Of a stretch of 32,000 nucleotides of DNA, positions 24,023 through 31,814 are shown in pieces. The DNA is from Candidatus Iainarchaeum sp. (GTDB lineage: Archaea > Iainarchaeota > Iainarchaeia > Iainarchaeales > JACQJH01), in NCBI GenBank assembly GCA_016205145.1, contig JACQJH010000002.1:60001-92000 (forward strand), read 5' to 3'. Within the stretch, counting starts at the first letter, position 1, and every line of letters starts with the position of its first letter. Both the position numbers and the translations under genes were made by a program. The notes beneath the pieces are model-generated. The model was not told the origin of the DNA. It made no database searches and saw only the letters and a program-made list of their open reading frames with translations.

Positions 24023-24271
24023 TCACGCCAAAATTTTCTGTTTTTCAGCTGCCTGCTCTTTTTCAAGGCAGTCGAGTTCCTCAATCAGGTAAAAGAGAAA
24101 ATCAAAGCCGGTTTCAGCGCTGATTTTATCCAATTCAAGGCCTTCATCCAGGCCGCGCTCAAGGCAATACGTCCTGAAAATTTCGTTCACGGCCCAGTCA
24201 AGGACCGGGTCATCCAGCGGAATGTTTCCGTCCTGCAGTCTTACGACTAACCGTTTAAGCTCCTGTCTCAT
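24023..24271 (-). CDS. Hypothetical acidic cytosolic protein (82 aa)
   Basis: ATG 24271 with GGGGTGAG 4-5 nt upstream. No family recognised. Confidence 0.45.
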   Translation of the reverse strand: MRQELKRLVVRLQDGNIPLDDPVLDWAVNEIFRTYCLERGLDEGLELDKISAETGFDFLFYLIEELDCLEKEQAAEKQKILA

Positions 24272-24475
24272 CAACTCACCCCAGTACACGGGACTTTCTT
24301 CCAAGAAAAAATCCCGGGAAAAATTTCCGCGAAACGCGGAAAAAACTGAATTTCCACAAAAAAACGTGGAAGTAAATGAGAAAACAGAAAAGGCTTTTAT
24401 AACTACTTGGGGTTTACATAATGATTTTCGTTTTCCAAAAAAATCCGCGCATAAAACATGCAGCCGGCTTTTTTA

Positions 24476-24661
24476 TCACAGGAGACCGGAAGTGAAATGC
24501 AGTATTATGCCGCCGAAAAACAGGCCAAGGTACAGGATAACAGCGCCCGGCTGGGTCAGGAAAACGAATGCGGAGCCCATGAACAGGAGGATTGACACCA
24601 TAGCGTGCTTGTCAGCCTCTTCGAAACGAAGGAAGAACCAGACGCTCGGATCCTCTTCCAT
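24476..24661 (-). CDS. Hypothetical 61-aa membrane protein
   Basis: ORF track. Two hydrophobic helices. A T7 run follows the stop. Promoter geometry is unclear. Confidence 0.35.
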   Translation of the reverse strand: MEEDPSVWFFLRFEEADKHAMVSILLFMGSAFVFLTQPGAVILYLGLFFGGIILHFTSGLL

Positions 24662-24745
24662 GCCACTATTATATATACAAGAGAAATTGGTTTAAGCTTT
24701 TCGCTTTAATGCATTTCCGCAAAAAACAGCCCCGAAGGCAAAAAC

Positions 24746-25120
24746 TCACAAAACCTCGAAATCCCTGGTGCCGCCAAGCTTTTTCATGCGCTCGTTCAGG
24801 GCCTTCTGCCGCTCGGGGGTTGCGGCCGGCGCATCCCTGTTCCGGCCGGTCAAAAACTCCGCATCCGAGGACGACTGCCTCGATCTTGCGGACCGCCTCG
24901 CGGCGTTGATGACGTCCATGGAATCATAGTTCATGTTCCCTGAATAACCGCATTTGGCGCAAACCAGTATGCCGTTGGACATTTTCATGTCAAGGCTGAC
25001 GCACTGCGGGCAATACCTGAATTTCAATCCAACACCAGAAAAATAATTCCAATAAAACCAATAAAAGGCTTGCGCCACGCAAAAATCCGGCCGAATCGTT
25101 TTGTTTAAATTCGTTTCCAT
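24746..25120 (-). CDS. Hypothetical zinc-ribbon protein (CPQC..x14..CAKCG); start uncertain
   Basis: Four-Cys ribbon YCPQCVSLDMKMSNGILVCAKCGY. ATG 25120 lies only 14 nt from the divergent GGR start. Confidence 0.45.
   Translation of the reverse strand: METNLNKTIRPDFCVAQAFYWFYWNYFSGVGLKFRYCPQCVSLDMKMSNGILVCAKCGYSGNMNYDSMDVINAARRSARSRQSSSDAEFLTGRNRDAPAATPERQKALNERMKKLGGTRDFEVL
25103..25111 (+). promoter_or_regulatory. TATA box (GTTTAAATT) for the geranylgeranyl reductase gene
   Basis: Centred about 28 nt upstream of ATG 25135, which is leaderless geometry. It lies inside the annotated 5' end of the divergent zinc-ribbon ORF. Confidence 0.45.
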
Positions 25121-25134
25121 GACATTTTTTACCA

Positions 25135-26358
25135 ATGGAGACCGATTCTTTCGACGCAATCGTTGTCGGCGCCGGCCCCGGCGGAAGCAGCTGCGCCGCA
25201 CTGCTTGGAAAACAGGGCTTCAATGTCCTGTTGCTTGAAAAATCAAAATACCCGCGCGACAAGATCTGCGGCGACGCGATTTCAGGCAAATCAATGTCCG
25301 TGCTGCGCGATCTCGGCCTTGAAAGCGAAGTCAGAAAACTGCCGCACGGAAAAACGCATGGCGTGGTTTTTTCCTCGCCGAAAAAGGACGTCGTGCAGAT
25401 TCCGTTCGGAAGGGACGGGAAACGCGTCGAGGGCGTGGTGTGCAGGAGAATGTTTTTCGACAACCTCGTGTTCGGCACAGCCAAAAAATACGCGCACGCA
25501 ATCGAAGAGTTCATGGTCACTGAAATCATTCAGGAAAACGGTTTTGTTGTCGGAGTGAAAGGCACGGATTTGAAGTCAAAAAAGGCCATGGAATTCAGGG
25601 CAAAAGTCGTGATCGGGGCTGACGGCGCGCAGTCAGTCGTGGCAAAAAAGCTCGGCCTCGCGGAACAACAAGACAAGCACCATTGCACCGCGCTCAGGGC
25701 ATACTATTCCGGCATCGAAGGCATGTCAGACAACATCGAACTGCATTTCATCGATTCCGTGCTTCCGGGATATTTCTGGATTTTTCCGCTTGAAAACGGC
25801 AACGCGAACGTTGGAGTCGGGGTTGTCACGGCGGAAATGAAAAAAAGGAACATAAATCTCAAACAGGCAATGTTTAACGCCATTGAAAACGACAGCCTGC
25901 TGAAAGACAGGTTCAGGAACGCCAAAATCGAGGGCGACATCAAGGGGTGGACCCTGCCTTTCGGCTCAACCAGGCGGAAAGCGCATGGCAACGGCTTCGT
26001 GCTCATAGGCGACGCGGCCTCGCTCATCGACCCGTTTTCCGGGGAAGGCATCGGCAACGCAATGCATTCCGGAAGGCTGGCTGCGCGCATTGTCGGAGAG
26101 GCAATCAAGGCAAACAATGTTTCGGAAGAATTCTTGAAGGAATACGAGGACACCTTGTGGAATGAAATCGGAACCGAACTCAAAAACAGCTACAACCTGC
26201 AGCGCATCGGCAACATCAAGCCGATCCTCAACTTTGTCATCCACAAGGCCGCAACCAAAAAGGAAGTGCAGGAACTCATTTCAGGCATGCTCTCCAATGA
26301 AGAAGCCAAGCGGGAATTCTTCTCGCCGCTGTTTTACCTCAAACTGCTTCTGCCATGA
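25135..26358 (+). CDS. Geranylgeranyl reductase family flavoprotein (probable digeranylgeranylglycerophospholipid reductase)
   Basis: FDAIVVGAGPGGSSCAALLGKQGFNVLLLEK..RDKICGDAIS, later GDAASLIDPFSGEGIGNAM. 407 aa. Confidence 0.9.
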   Translation: METDSFDAIVVGAGPGGSSCAALLGKQGFNVLLLEKSKYPRDKICGDAISGKSMSVLRDLGLESEVRKLPHGKTHGVVFSSPKKDVVQIPFGRDGKRVEGVVCRRMFFDNLVFGTAKKYAHAIEEFMVTEIIQENGFVVGVKGTDLKSKKAMEFRAKVVIGADGAQSVVAKKLGLAEQQDKHHCTALRAYYSGIEGMSDNIELHFIDSVLPGYFWIFPLENGNANVGVGVVTAEMKKRNINLKQAMFNAIENDSLLKDRFRNAKIEGDIKGWTLPFGSTRRKAHGNGFVLIGDAASLIDPFSGEGIGNAMHSGRLAARIVGEAIKANNVSEEFLKEYEDTLWNEIGTELKNSYNLQRIGNIKPILNFVIHKAATKKEVQELISGMLSNEEAKREFFSPLFYLKLLLP

Positions 26359-26516
26359 ACGTCATGCCGGCAGAGAGGCTTCTTTTTAAATTTGTTTTAA
26401 TAGTCAAATAACCTATAGACTGCATGCGTTGCAGATGCCGGTTTGTTGCGAGCGCAGCGAGCCAGCCCGATGAAGCGAAGCGGAATCGGGCGCGTACCCG
26501 GCGGACGCGACGCCGT

Positions 26517-26743
26517 GCGGGGGTGGCGGAGTGGTCTAACGCGGCAGCCTGCTAAGACCCTTTTTCTTTCTTTGCGAAGAAAGAAAAAGTGTTCCGTTGC
26601 GAAATCAAAGATTTCGCGACGCGACGCAAAACCGAAAGGTTTTGCATCGTACCCCAAAAAGAAAGCCTTTCTTTTTGCGGAATAGAATGTTGCAGCAAGC
26701 TGTTTCCCGAAAGGGAGCGCGGGTTCGAATCCCGTCCCCCGCG
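26517..26743 (+). tRNA. tRNA-Ser (anticodon GCU) with a ~143-nt canonical-position intron (about 26555-26697)
   Basis: Exons are GCGGGGGTGGCGGAGTGGTCTAACGCGGCAGCCTGCTA and AGCTGTTTCCCGAAAGGGAGCGCGGGTTCGAATCCCGTCCCCCGCG. They give a 7-bp acceptor, a long variable arm (TCCC-GAAA-GGGA) and a TTCGAAT T-loop. Anticodon-loop CUGC pairs with intron-terminal GCAG to form the 4-bp core of a bulge-helix-bulge motif. Confidence 0.88.
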
Positions 26744-26897
26744 AGCCGTCACGCTCGGCTGGTGCGTGCACTATGCTCGTTTCACTCGCATAGCGCTGCG
26801 CGCTGTTGCGCGAAGCCGCCACAGCCGGCTGGTCTGAGCGCCATGCTTGGCATGGCCGAAACCAAGGCCTTTCACTGTTGTGAAAGGCCGAGTAAGC
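26744..26897 (+). repeat. Copy C (expanded) of the two-hairpin element, forming the tRNA-Ser trailer
   Basis: AGCCG-TCACGCT-CGGCT GG TGCG, then about 90 nt of extra GC-rich hairpins (CTATGC..GCATAG; GCCATGC-TTG-GCATGGC), then CG AAACCAA GGCCTTTCAC-TGTT-GTGAAAGGCC GAGTAAGC (26857-26897). Confidence 0.8.
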
Positions 26898-26912
26898 AGA
26901 CAAAAAAAAGGT

Positions 26913-27524
26913 TCACTTGCTTGCCTGCGCCGTTCTTTTTCTTCTGGCAATGAAGCCAGCTATTTGCAGGATTATAACGATGCCCGCAAGCAACAGCAAG
27001 GCGATTTCGGCATAGTTCAATGTTTTCGCCTGCGCGGTCCACGGCAGGCCGTTGGCAACCTGCACGAAGTGCGCGAGAATGAGTATGAACGCAATGTAAA
27101 CCAAGCGGTGCAGGCGCTTCCAGTTTTTTCCCATGACGCGCATTGCCCAATCGGTTGACGTCAAAGCCATGGCAAAGATTATGAAAAACGCGGGAATCGC
27201 GATTGTGAGCTGGGGCATCGTGCTAAGCAGGGCAAAATCGAAGTTGAAGTAAAGCATGAGCACTAGCAGGTAATGAGCCGCCATGAAAATGAAGGCGGAA
27301 ACGCCGACCGCCCTTCTCGGCTCGAAAAGCTGTGCAAACGTTTTAGGCCAAAGCGTTACAAGCGGCCCTATCATGAGCGAAACGCATAGAAGGAAGAATC
27401 CGCCCAGGCCCAAAGTCCTTATTATCTGGGTTGCGGGCGACGGCCCCGGAAGGAAGGCGTTGTAAAACGCCAAAAGCGCGATTCCTGCCACGATTATGAG
27501 CCACATTTCGCTTGAACGCTGCAT
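26913..27524 (-). CDS. Ferric-reductase-like transmembrane (MsrQ/YedZ-like) heme-binding membrane protein
   Basis: Six TM helices with conserved His in helices 3 and 5 (FIFMAAHYLL; ILILAHFVQV), and the R..G..AF pattern of the Ferric_reduct domain. The start is ATG 27524 or 27506. Confidence 0.55.
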   Translation of the reverse strand: MQRSSEMWLIIVAGIALLAFYNAFLPGPSPATQIIRTLGLGGFFLLCVSLMIGPLVTLWPKTFAQLFEPRRAVGVSAFIFMAAHYLLVLMLYFNFDFALLSTMPQLTIAIPAFFIIFAMALTSTDWAMRVMGKNWKRLHRLVYIAFILILAHFVQVANGLPWTAQAKTLNYAEIALLLLAGIVIILQIAGFIARRKRTAQASK

Positions 27525-27655
27525 GATTTTGCCTTAAATGGAATAGCACAAAGCGGTTTTTATTTTTATTCCCGAGCCCAAAAACGCATGCCCGCGCTTT
27601 TTTCCCGGCAACACCTTTTTTAACCAGAAAAGCCGTTTTATGTAGAGGGGTTTTT

Positions 27656-28078
27656 TTGGGACTGCTTGACGTTCTCGAACTCAAGGGCAGAAAGCCGAAA
27701 GACATATGCGTTCCGGAGCACGCGAAAAAGCGGCTTGCCGAGCAGGCGAAAGCCGAGGCAAGAGAGCTTGTCGCAATCGCATCGGAGAAGCGCGCAGAGG
27801 AGAAAAAGAAAAAGCCCGAATTCTTCGACGACATCGCGCGCTTTGAAGTCGAATCGTTCTACCGCACCCCGAAAGCGTTTTTTGTAATGGGCACATGCCT
27901 TTCCGGAAAAATAAGCAAAAAATCGGTTCTCAGGCGCGGCAGCAGAAACTTAAAGCTGAAAGACGTGAAAGCCGGGTTCTTCAAGGGAAAAAAGCATCTT
28001 ACAAGATGGGACAAGGGAACGATCCAGTTCGAAGAGCCGATGCCGCTGTATTCGGGCGACATACTCAAATTCTGGTGA
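27656..28078 (+). CDS. Hypothetical protein with a charged N-terminus and a possible EF-Tu domain-II-like beta-barrel C-terminus
   Basis: 140-aa ORF with a TTG start and GAGGGG 6 nt upstream. The C-terminal FFVMGTCLSGKISKKSVLRRGSRNLKLKDVK..GTIQFEE..YSGDILKF loosely follows the translation-factor domain II pattern. Confidence 0.4.
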   Translation: MGLLDVLELKGRKPKDICVPEHAKKRLAEQAKAEARELVAIASEKRAEEKKKKPEFFDDIARFEVESFYRTPKAFFVMGTCLSGKISKKSVLRRGSRNLKLKDVKAGFFKGKKHLTRWDKGTIQFEEPMPLYSGDILKFW

Positions 28079-28148
28079 AAACGCAAAAACGCCAAGGCCA
28101 TGGCACGGCCCGGAAAAAACCGGCTGAAAGCATTCACCAAAAGCCAAA

Positions 28149-28158
28149 TTTATTTAAA
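28149..28158 (+). promoter_or_regulatory. TATA box (TTTATTTAAA) for tRNA-Leu
   Basis: About 30-35 nt upstream of the tRNA 5' end, implying a short leader. Confidence 0.5.
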
Positions 28159-28190
28159 TTGTCTCCCCCAAAATTGTTCTTTGCTTGCAT

Positions 28191-28340
28191 GCAGGGGTAG
28201 CGAAGTGGTTAAACGCGCCAGACTCAAGAAACCTTTTTTCTTTGGAAAAGAAAAAAGCTTTGCCAAAAAAGAAAGGCAAAAAAAGGTTTGAGCAATCTGG
28301 TGGCTTAGTGCCTTCGGGGGTTCGAATCCTCCCCCCTGCA
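28191..28340 (+). tRNA. tRNA-Leu (anticodon CAA) with a ~66-nt canonical-position intron (about 28229-28294)
   Basis: Exons are GCAGGGGTAGCGAAGTGGTTAAACGCGCCAGACTCAAG and ATCTGGTGGCTTAGTGCCTTCGGGGGTTCGAATCCTCCCCCCTGCA. They give a long variable arm and a TTCGAAT T-loop. CUCAA in the anticodon loop pairs with intron-terminal UUGAG (BHB core). Confidence 0.88.
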
Positions 28341-28341
28341 A

Positions 28342-28366
28342 AGCCGGTTTCGTCCGGCTGGTTCGA
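28342..28366 (+). repeat. Copy D (hairpin-1 module) of the element; exact 25-nt inverted-orientation match to 712-736
   Basis: AGCCGGTTTCGTCCGGCTGGTTCGA starts 2 nt after the tRNA-Leu discriminator. It is followed by a different hairpin (GGGTATT..AATACCC) and GAGAGTAA-A7. Confidence 0.85.
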
Positions 28367-28443
28367 CGACGGGTATTTCGCTTTTGCTCAATACCCATCT
28401 GCTTTTGAGAGTAAAAAAATGGCTGCATTCTTGCTAGCCCGGA

Positions 28444-29439
28444 CTACTTTTTCATCCACGCGATTATTTTGTCCGCCAGGCCGGAATCGTTTGCCAGCAT
28501 CTGCGTTCCGTGGCCGGCTTTTTCAAGGTTTATGAGTTCGGTGTTTTTCGGCGCGCCTGCCGCAATCTTCTGGCTTGAATCGTAGGAATACTTGTCGTCG
28601 GCGCTTGAAACAAGCAGGACTTTCGTCATGCCTTTCTGGCTGTTCATGGAACTCACCATGCCGCCGCTGACAGTCAGGCCATGGTAACTTTCTCCCGCGG
28701 ACAATAGGACGACTTTTTCGACTTCTGGGTTGCTTCTCGCGAAGTTGATGCCTGCATTAGCGCCGATGCTTGCGCCGGCAACGATTATGCCGTTGTTTGA
28801 AAGCTTGTCCTTTGTGCCGAAAAGGAAGTCTCTCGCAGACTTCTGGTCCTGCGTCAGCAATTGCCAGTCATCGTCAAGGAAGGCCTTGTAGGTTATTATG
28901 GAACCGTTCTGGATTTTGCTTTCGCCATGGCCCCTGAAATCAATTGCCAGGACATTATAGCCGGCATCCAGAAGCTTTGGAATGAAATTGTCCCAGACGT
29001 GCCTGTCGTTTCCGAGTTCGTGAAGCAGCAGAACGGTTTTGGCGCCGGCGCCGGAAAAATAAAAGTCTCCAACTATTGTCACGTTGTCGAATGTCCTGAA
29101 CGAAACCTTTTCAGGCTGAACGGCGGGAGTTTCGGTTTGCTGGGCGTTTCCGGAATCGCCAGACGTGCCGTCACCGGAGACTTCAGAATTCACGTCGTTT
29201 GTTTGCGTGTTGTCCTGGCTGCCGGTTCCGACTGCCGCATCAGCGTCATCTGTTTGGCTGCCGGCTTCGCCGGAAATTTCCGTGCCCGGCTGCTGTGCAT
29301 TGCCTCCGGTGTTTTCTGCCGCGCCGATGCCTGGCGCAGGCTCATTGGCCTGCGGTTTTTCCTGCTGCTGTGAAACGCAGCCTGCGGCAAGCGCAAGCAT
29401 GACAAACAACATTGCCATGGCAAAAAAAGCATTTTTCAT
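28444..29439 (-). CDS. Secreted lipoprotein alpha/beta-hydrolase
   Basis: Signal peptide with lipobox LAAGC. About 90 aa of low-complexity Q/T/D/G-rich linker. Then LLLHELG, DFRGHGES and nucleophile elbow GASIGA, with a C-terminal GHG. ATG 29439 has GGTGG 6 nt upstream. Confidence 0.8.
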   Translation of the reverse strand: MKNAFFAMAMLFVMLALAAGCVSQQQEKPQANEPAPGIGAAENTGGNAQQPGTEISGEAGSQTDDADAAVGTGSQDNTQTNDVNSEVSGDGTSGDSGNAQQTETPAVQPEKVSFRTFDNVTIVGDFYFSGAGAKTVLLLHELGNDRHVWDNFIPKLLDAGYNVLAIDFRGHGESKIQNGSIITYKAFLDDDWQLLTQDQKSARDFLFGTKDKLSNNGIIVAGASIGANAGINFARSNPEVEKVVLLSAGESYHGLTVSGGMVSSMNSQKGMTKVLLVSSADDKYSYDSSQKIAAGAPKNTELINLEKAGHGTQMLANDSGLADKIIAWMKK

Positions 29440-29499
29440 TTCCAACCACCGCCAAAAACAAAACGCAAATCCCAGATAATGGAAAAGCGTTTTCTGCTT

Positions 29500-30690
29500 T
29501 TAAAGCATATGCCCCATTTTTTTTTCCTTTGTTTCCAGGTATTTTTCGTTGAACTGCGTTGGCTTGGTCGTCAGGGGAACCCTTTCCGTCACTTTCAGGC
29601 CGTAGCCTTCAAGCGCAACCATTTTTTTCGGATTGTTTGTCATGAGCCGGATTGTTGAAAGGCCGAGCTTTGCCAGCACCTGCGCGCCCAAACCGTATTC
29701 GCGCAAATCCATCGGAAAGCCAAGGGCCTTGTTCGCTTCAATGGTGTCAAGGCCGTTGTCCTGCAAATGGTATGCCCGGATCTTGTTCATTAAACCAATG
29801 CCCCTGCCTTCGTGCCGCGGAATGTAAAGTATGACCCCCTTGCCTTCTTTTTCGACAAGCCGCATGGCATTCTCAAGCTGTTCCCTGCAGTCACACCTGC
29901 TGCTCCCGAAAACGTCGCCCGTCAGGCAGCCGGAATGCACTCTCACCAGGACGTTTTTTTTGCCCCTCACGTCGCCTTTCACCAGGGCAATGAATTCCTC
30001 GCCGACCGCACTCGCAGTGAAACCGGTTATCCTGAAATTTCCGAAGCGCGTCGGCAGGTTGGCCGAATCGACTTTTTCGACAAGCGATTCGCGTTTGAGC
30101 CTGAACTGGATGAGGTCTTTCAGCATCATGATTTTTATGCCATGCTTGGCCGCGAACTTTTCAAGGTCCGGCAGCCTTGCCATTTCCCCATCCGGGCGGA
30201 TTATTTCGCAGATGACCGCGGCCTCGCCCAGCTTTGCAAGCCGCATCAAATCGGTTGCGGCTTCGGTGTGGCCGGCCCTCTGCAAAACCCCGCCTTGTTT
30301 CGCAATCAGCGGAAACATGTGCCCCGGCTTTGTCAGGTCCCGGCTGGAAGCGTTGCCGTTCACGAAAACGCGCACTGTTTCCGCGCGGTCATGCGCGGAA
30401 ATGCCTGTCGTGATGCCATAGGCCGCGTCAACGGATTCAGTGAAATTGGTTTTCATTTTATCCGAGTTTTTGGGCACGGCGTGCAGGTCAAACTTTTTGG
30501 CGAGGGCTCCGGAAACGGGAATGCATACCAGTCCCTTTCCGTGGGAAATCATGAAATTTATCCTGTCCGCGCTGACCTTTTCGCCTGCAAGGACAAGGTC
30601 GCCTTCGTTTTCCCTGGCCTCGTCGTCAACGACTATGACGAATTTTCCGGATTTCAGGTCGCGGATCGCCTGCTCGACAGAACAAAACAT
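29500..30690 (-). CDS. ribBA: Bifunctional 3,4-dihydroxy-2-butanone-4-phosphate synthase / GTP cyclohydrolase II
   Basis: [18 protein letters not shown] (RibB), and [24 protein letters not shown] plus [14 protein letters not shown] (RibA zinc and GTP motifs). 396 aa. Confidence 0.93.
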   Translation of the reverse strand: MFCSVEQAIRDLKSGKFVIVVDDEARENEGDLVLAGEKVSADRINFMISHGKGLVCIPVSGALAKKFDLHAVPKNSDKMKTNFTESVDAAYGITTGISAHDRAETVRVFVNGNASSRDLTKPGHMFPLIAKQGGVLQRAGHTEAATDLMRLAKLGEAAVICEIIRPDGEMARLPDLEKFAAKHGIKIMMLKDLIQFRLKRESLVEKVDSANLPTRFGNFRITGFTASAVGEEFIALVKGDVRGKKNVLVRVHSGCLTGDVFGSSRCDCREQLENAMRLVEKEGKGVILYIPRHEGRGIGLMNKIRAYHLQDNGLDTIEANKALGFPMDLREYGLGAQVLAKLGLSTIRLMTNNPKKMVALEGYGLKVTERVPLTTKPTQFNEKYLETKEKKMGHML

Positions 30691-30841
30691 TTTTCCACCA
30701 AAAAAACGCTTGCTTTAAGAGAAGAACTGGAAAAAAGCTTTTAAAGAACACGCTGGGCACATAAAATGTATCTGGCTGCATTAAGCGGACGGAAGCAAAA
30801 TCAACCCATGCAATCCACTGGTCAAAAATAAAAATTGCCGG

Positions 30842-31804
30842 CTATTTCAGGTATTTTGCGTAAACGGCAAAAAACCTGTCAAAGGTTTTTTTGTATTTCT
30901 CCAGAAAAAAGCGTTCCAGGTTTTCGGAGTAACCGTTCTGGAAATCTTCAAGACAGTTTATATATGAAAGCCGCTGGGTTTTTCTGATAATGAGCGGAGG
31001 ATAACCGTTGTTAACCAAAATCGTGTTTATGATGAAACGCCCAACCCGCCCGTTCCCGTCAGCAAACGGGTGTATTCGCTCGAATTTGCCATGAAACAAG
31101 GCCGCCATTTTCAACGGGTGGGTCTTGGTTATTGCCTTGCCATACCATTCAATCAGCAGACCCATCTCTTCTTTGACTTTTTCTGGCGGAGTGAGTTTCA
31201 CCCTTGAGCCGACTATTTCATTCGGAAACTGCTTATAGCCAAGCCGCGGGTCAATGTTTTCCATCAGCAGTTTGTGCATGCTGACTATGTCCTTTTCGCG
31301 GACCTTGAATTTCTTTGATAGGATTTTCTCAACAACTTTCCTTGAGTTTCTTGTTTCATATATTTCCCTCAGGTCCTTGTTTTCAACCGACCTGTTCTCA
31401 AACATCACTATCGCAACATCCTTCAGTGTGAGAGAGCTTCCCTCGATTGCGTTTGACTCATAAGTGAAGTTTGCCGTAAACCTATCAAAAACGTCCCTCA
31501 ACTGCTCCTTTGAAAACCCATTTATCAGGCGCTTGTAATCAACCCGTATGGCTTCAACCCTTCTGACCTGTAGTTCCGGGAAGACAGAATCCGTGCCAAA
31601 TGCTTTGACGGCAAAACTTGCCGCAAGACTTTTTTCTTTCTGCAGGAAATAGTCTGCATGCTCACGCTCGAGTTCCTTCAGTGGCCTGTTGTCATTGCCT
31701 ATGAGCTTTTGGATTGTCGTTACAGTGCCATCCGGCAAACGCACGGATTTGACCAGATAACAGTATGTCCCGCCGGAAATCTTTTTCCTGGAAATGTAAA
31801 CCAT
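30842..31804 (-). CDS. Fic-domain protein (probable AMP transferase) with an N-terminal inhibitory motif
   Basis: Fic motif HPFADGNGRVGR, and upstream SNAIEG matching the (S/T)xxxE(G/N) auto-inhibition helix. The gene is visibly more AT-rich than its neighbours. Confidence 0.88.
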   Translation of the reverse strand: MVYISRKKISGGTYCYLVKSVRLPDGTVTTIQKLIGNDNRPLKELEREHADYFLQKEKSLAASFAVKAFGTDSVFPELQVRRVEAIRVDYKRLINGFSKEQLRDVFDRFTANFTYESNAIEGSSLTLKDVAIVMFENRSVENKDLREIYETRNSRKVVEKILSKKFKVREKDIVSMHKLLMENIDPRLGYKQFPNEIVGSRVKLTPPEKVKEEMGLLIEWYGKAITKTHPLKMAALFHGKFERIHPFADGNGRVGRFIINTILVNNGYPPLIIRKTQRLSYINCLEDFQNGYSENLERFFLEKYKKTFDRFFAVYAKYLK

Positions 31805-31814
31805 AAAGAAAGAG

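Noticed and set aside
26397-26953. ORFs 26397..26903 (-), 26443..26685, 26589..26837 and 26597..26953 (+) across the tRNA-Ser locus
   Set aside because: They run through a well-folded tRNA, its intron and the GC-rich leader and trailer. Their Arg/Ala/Pro-rich composition is typical of GC-rich non-coding sequence.
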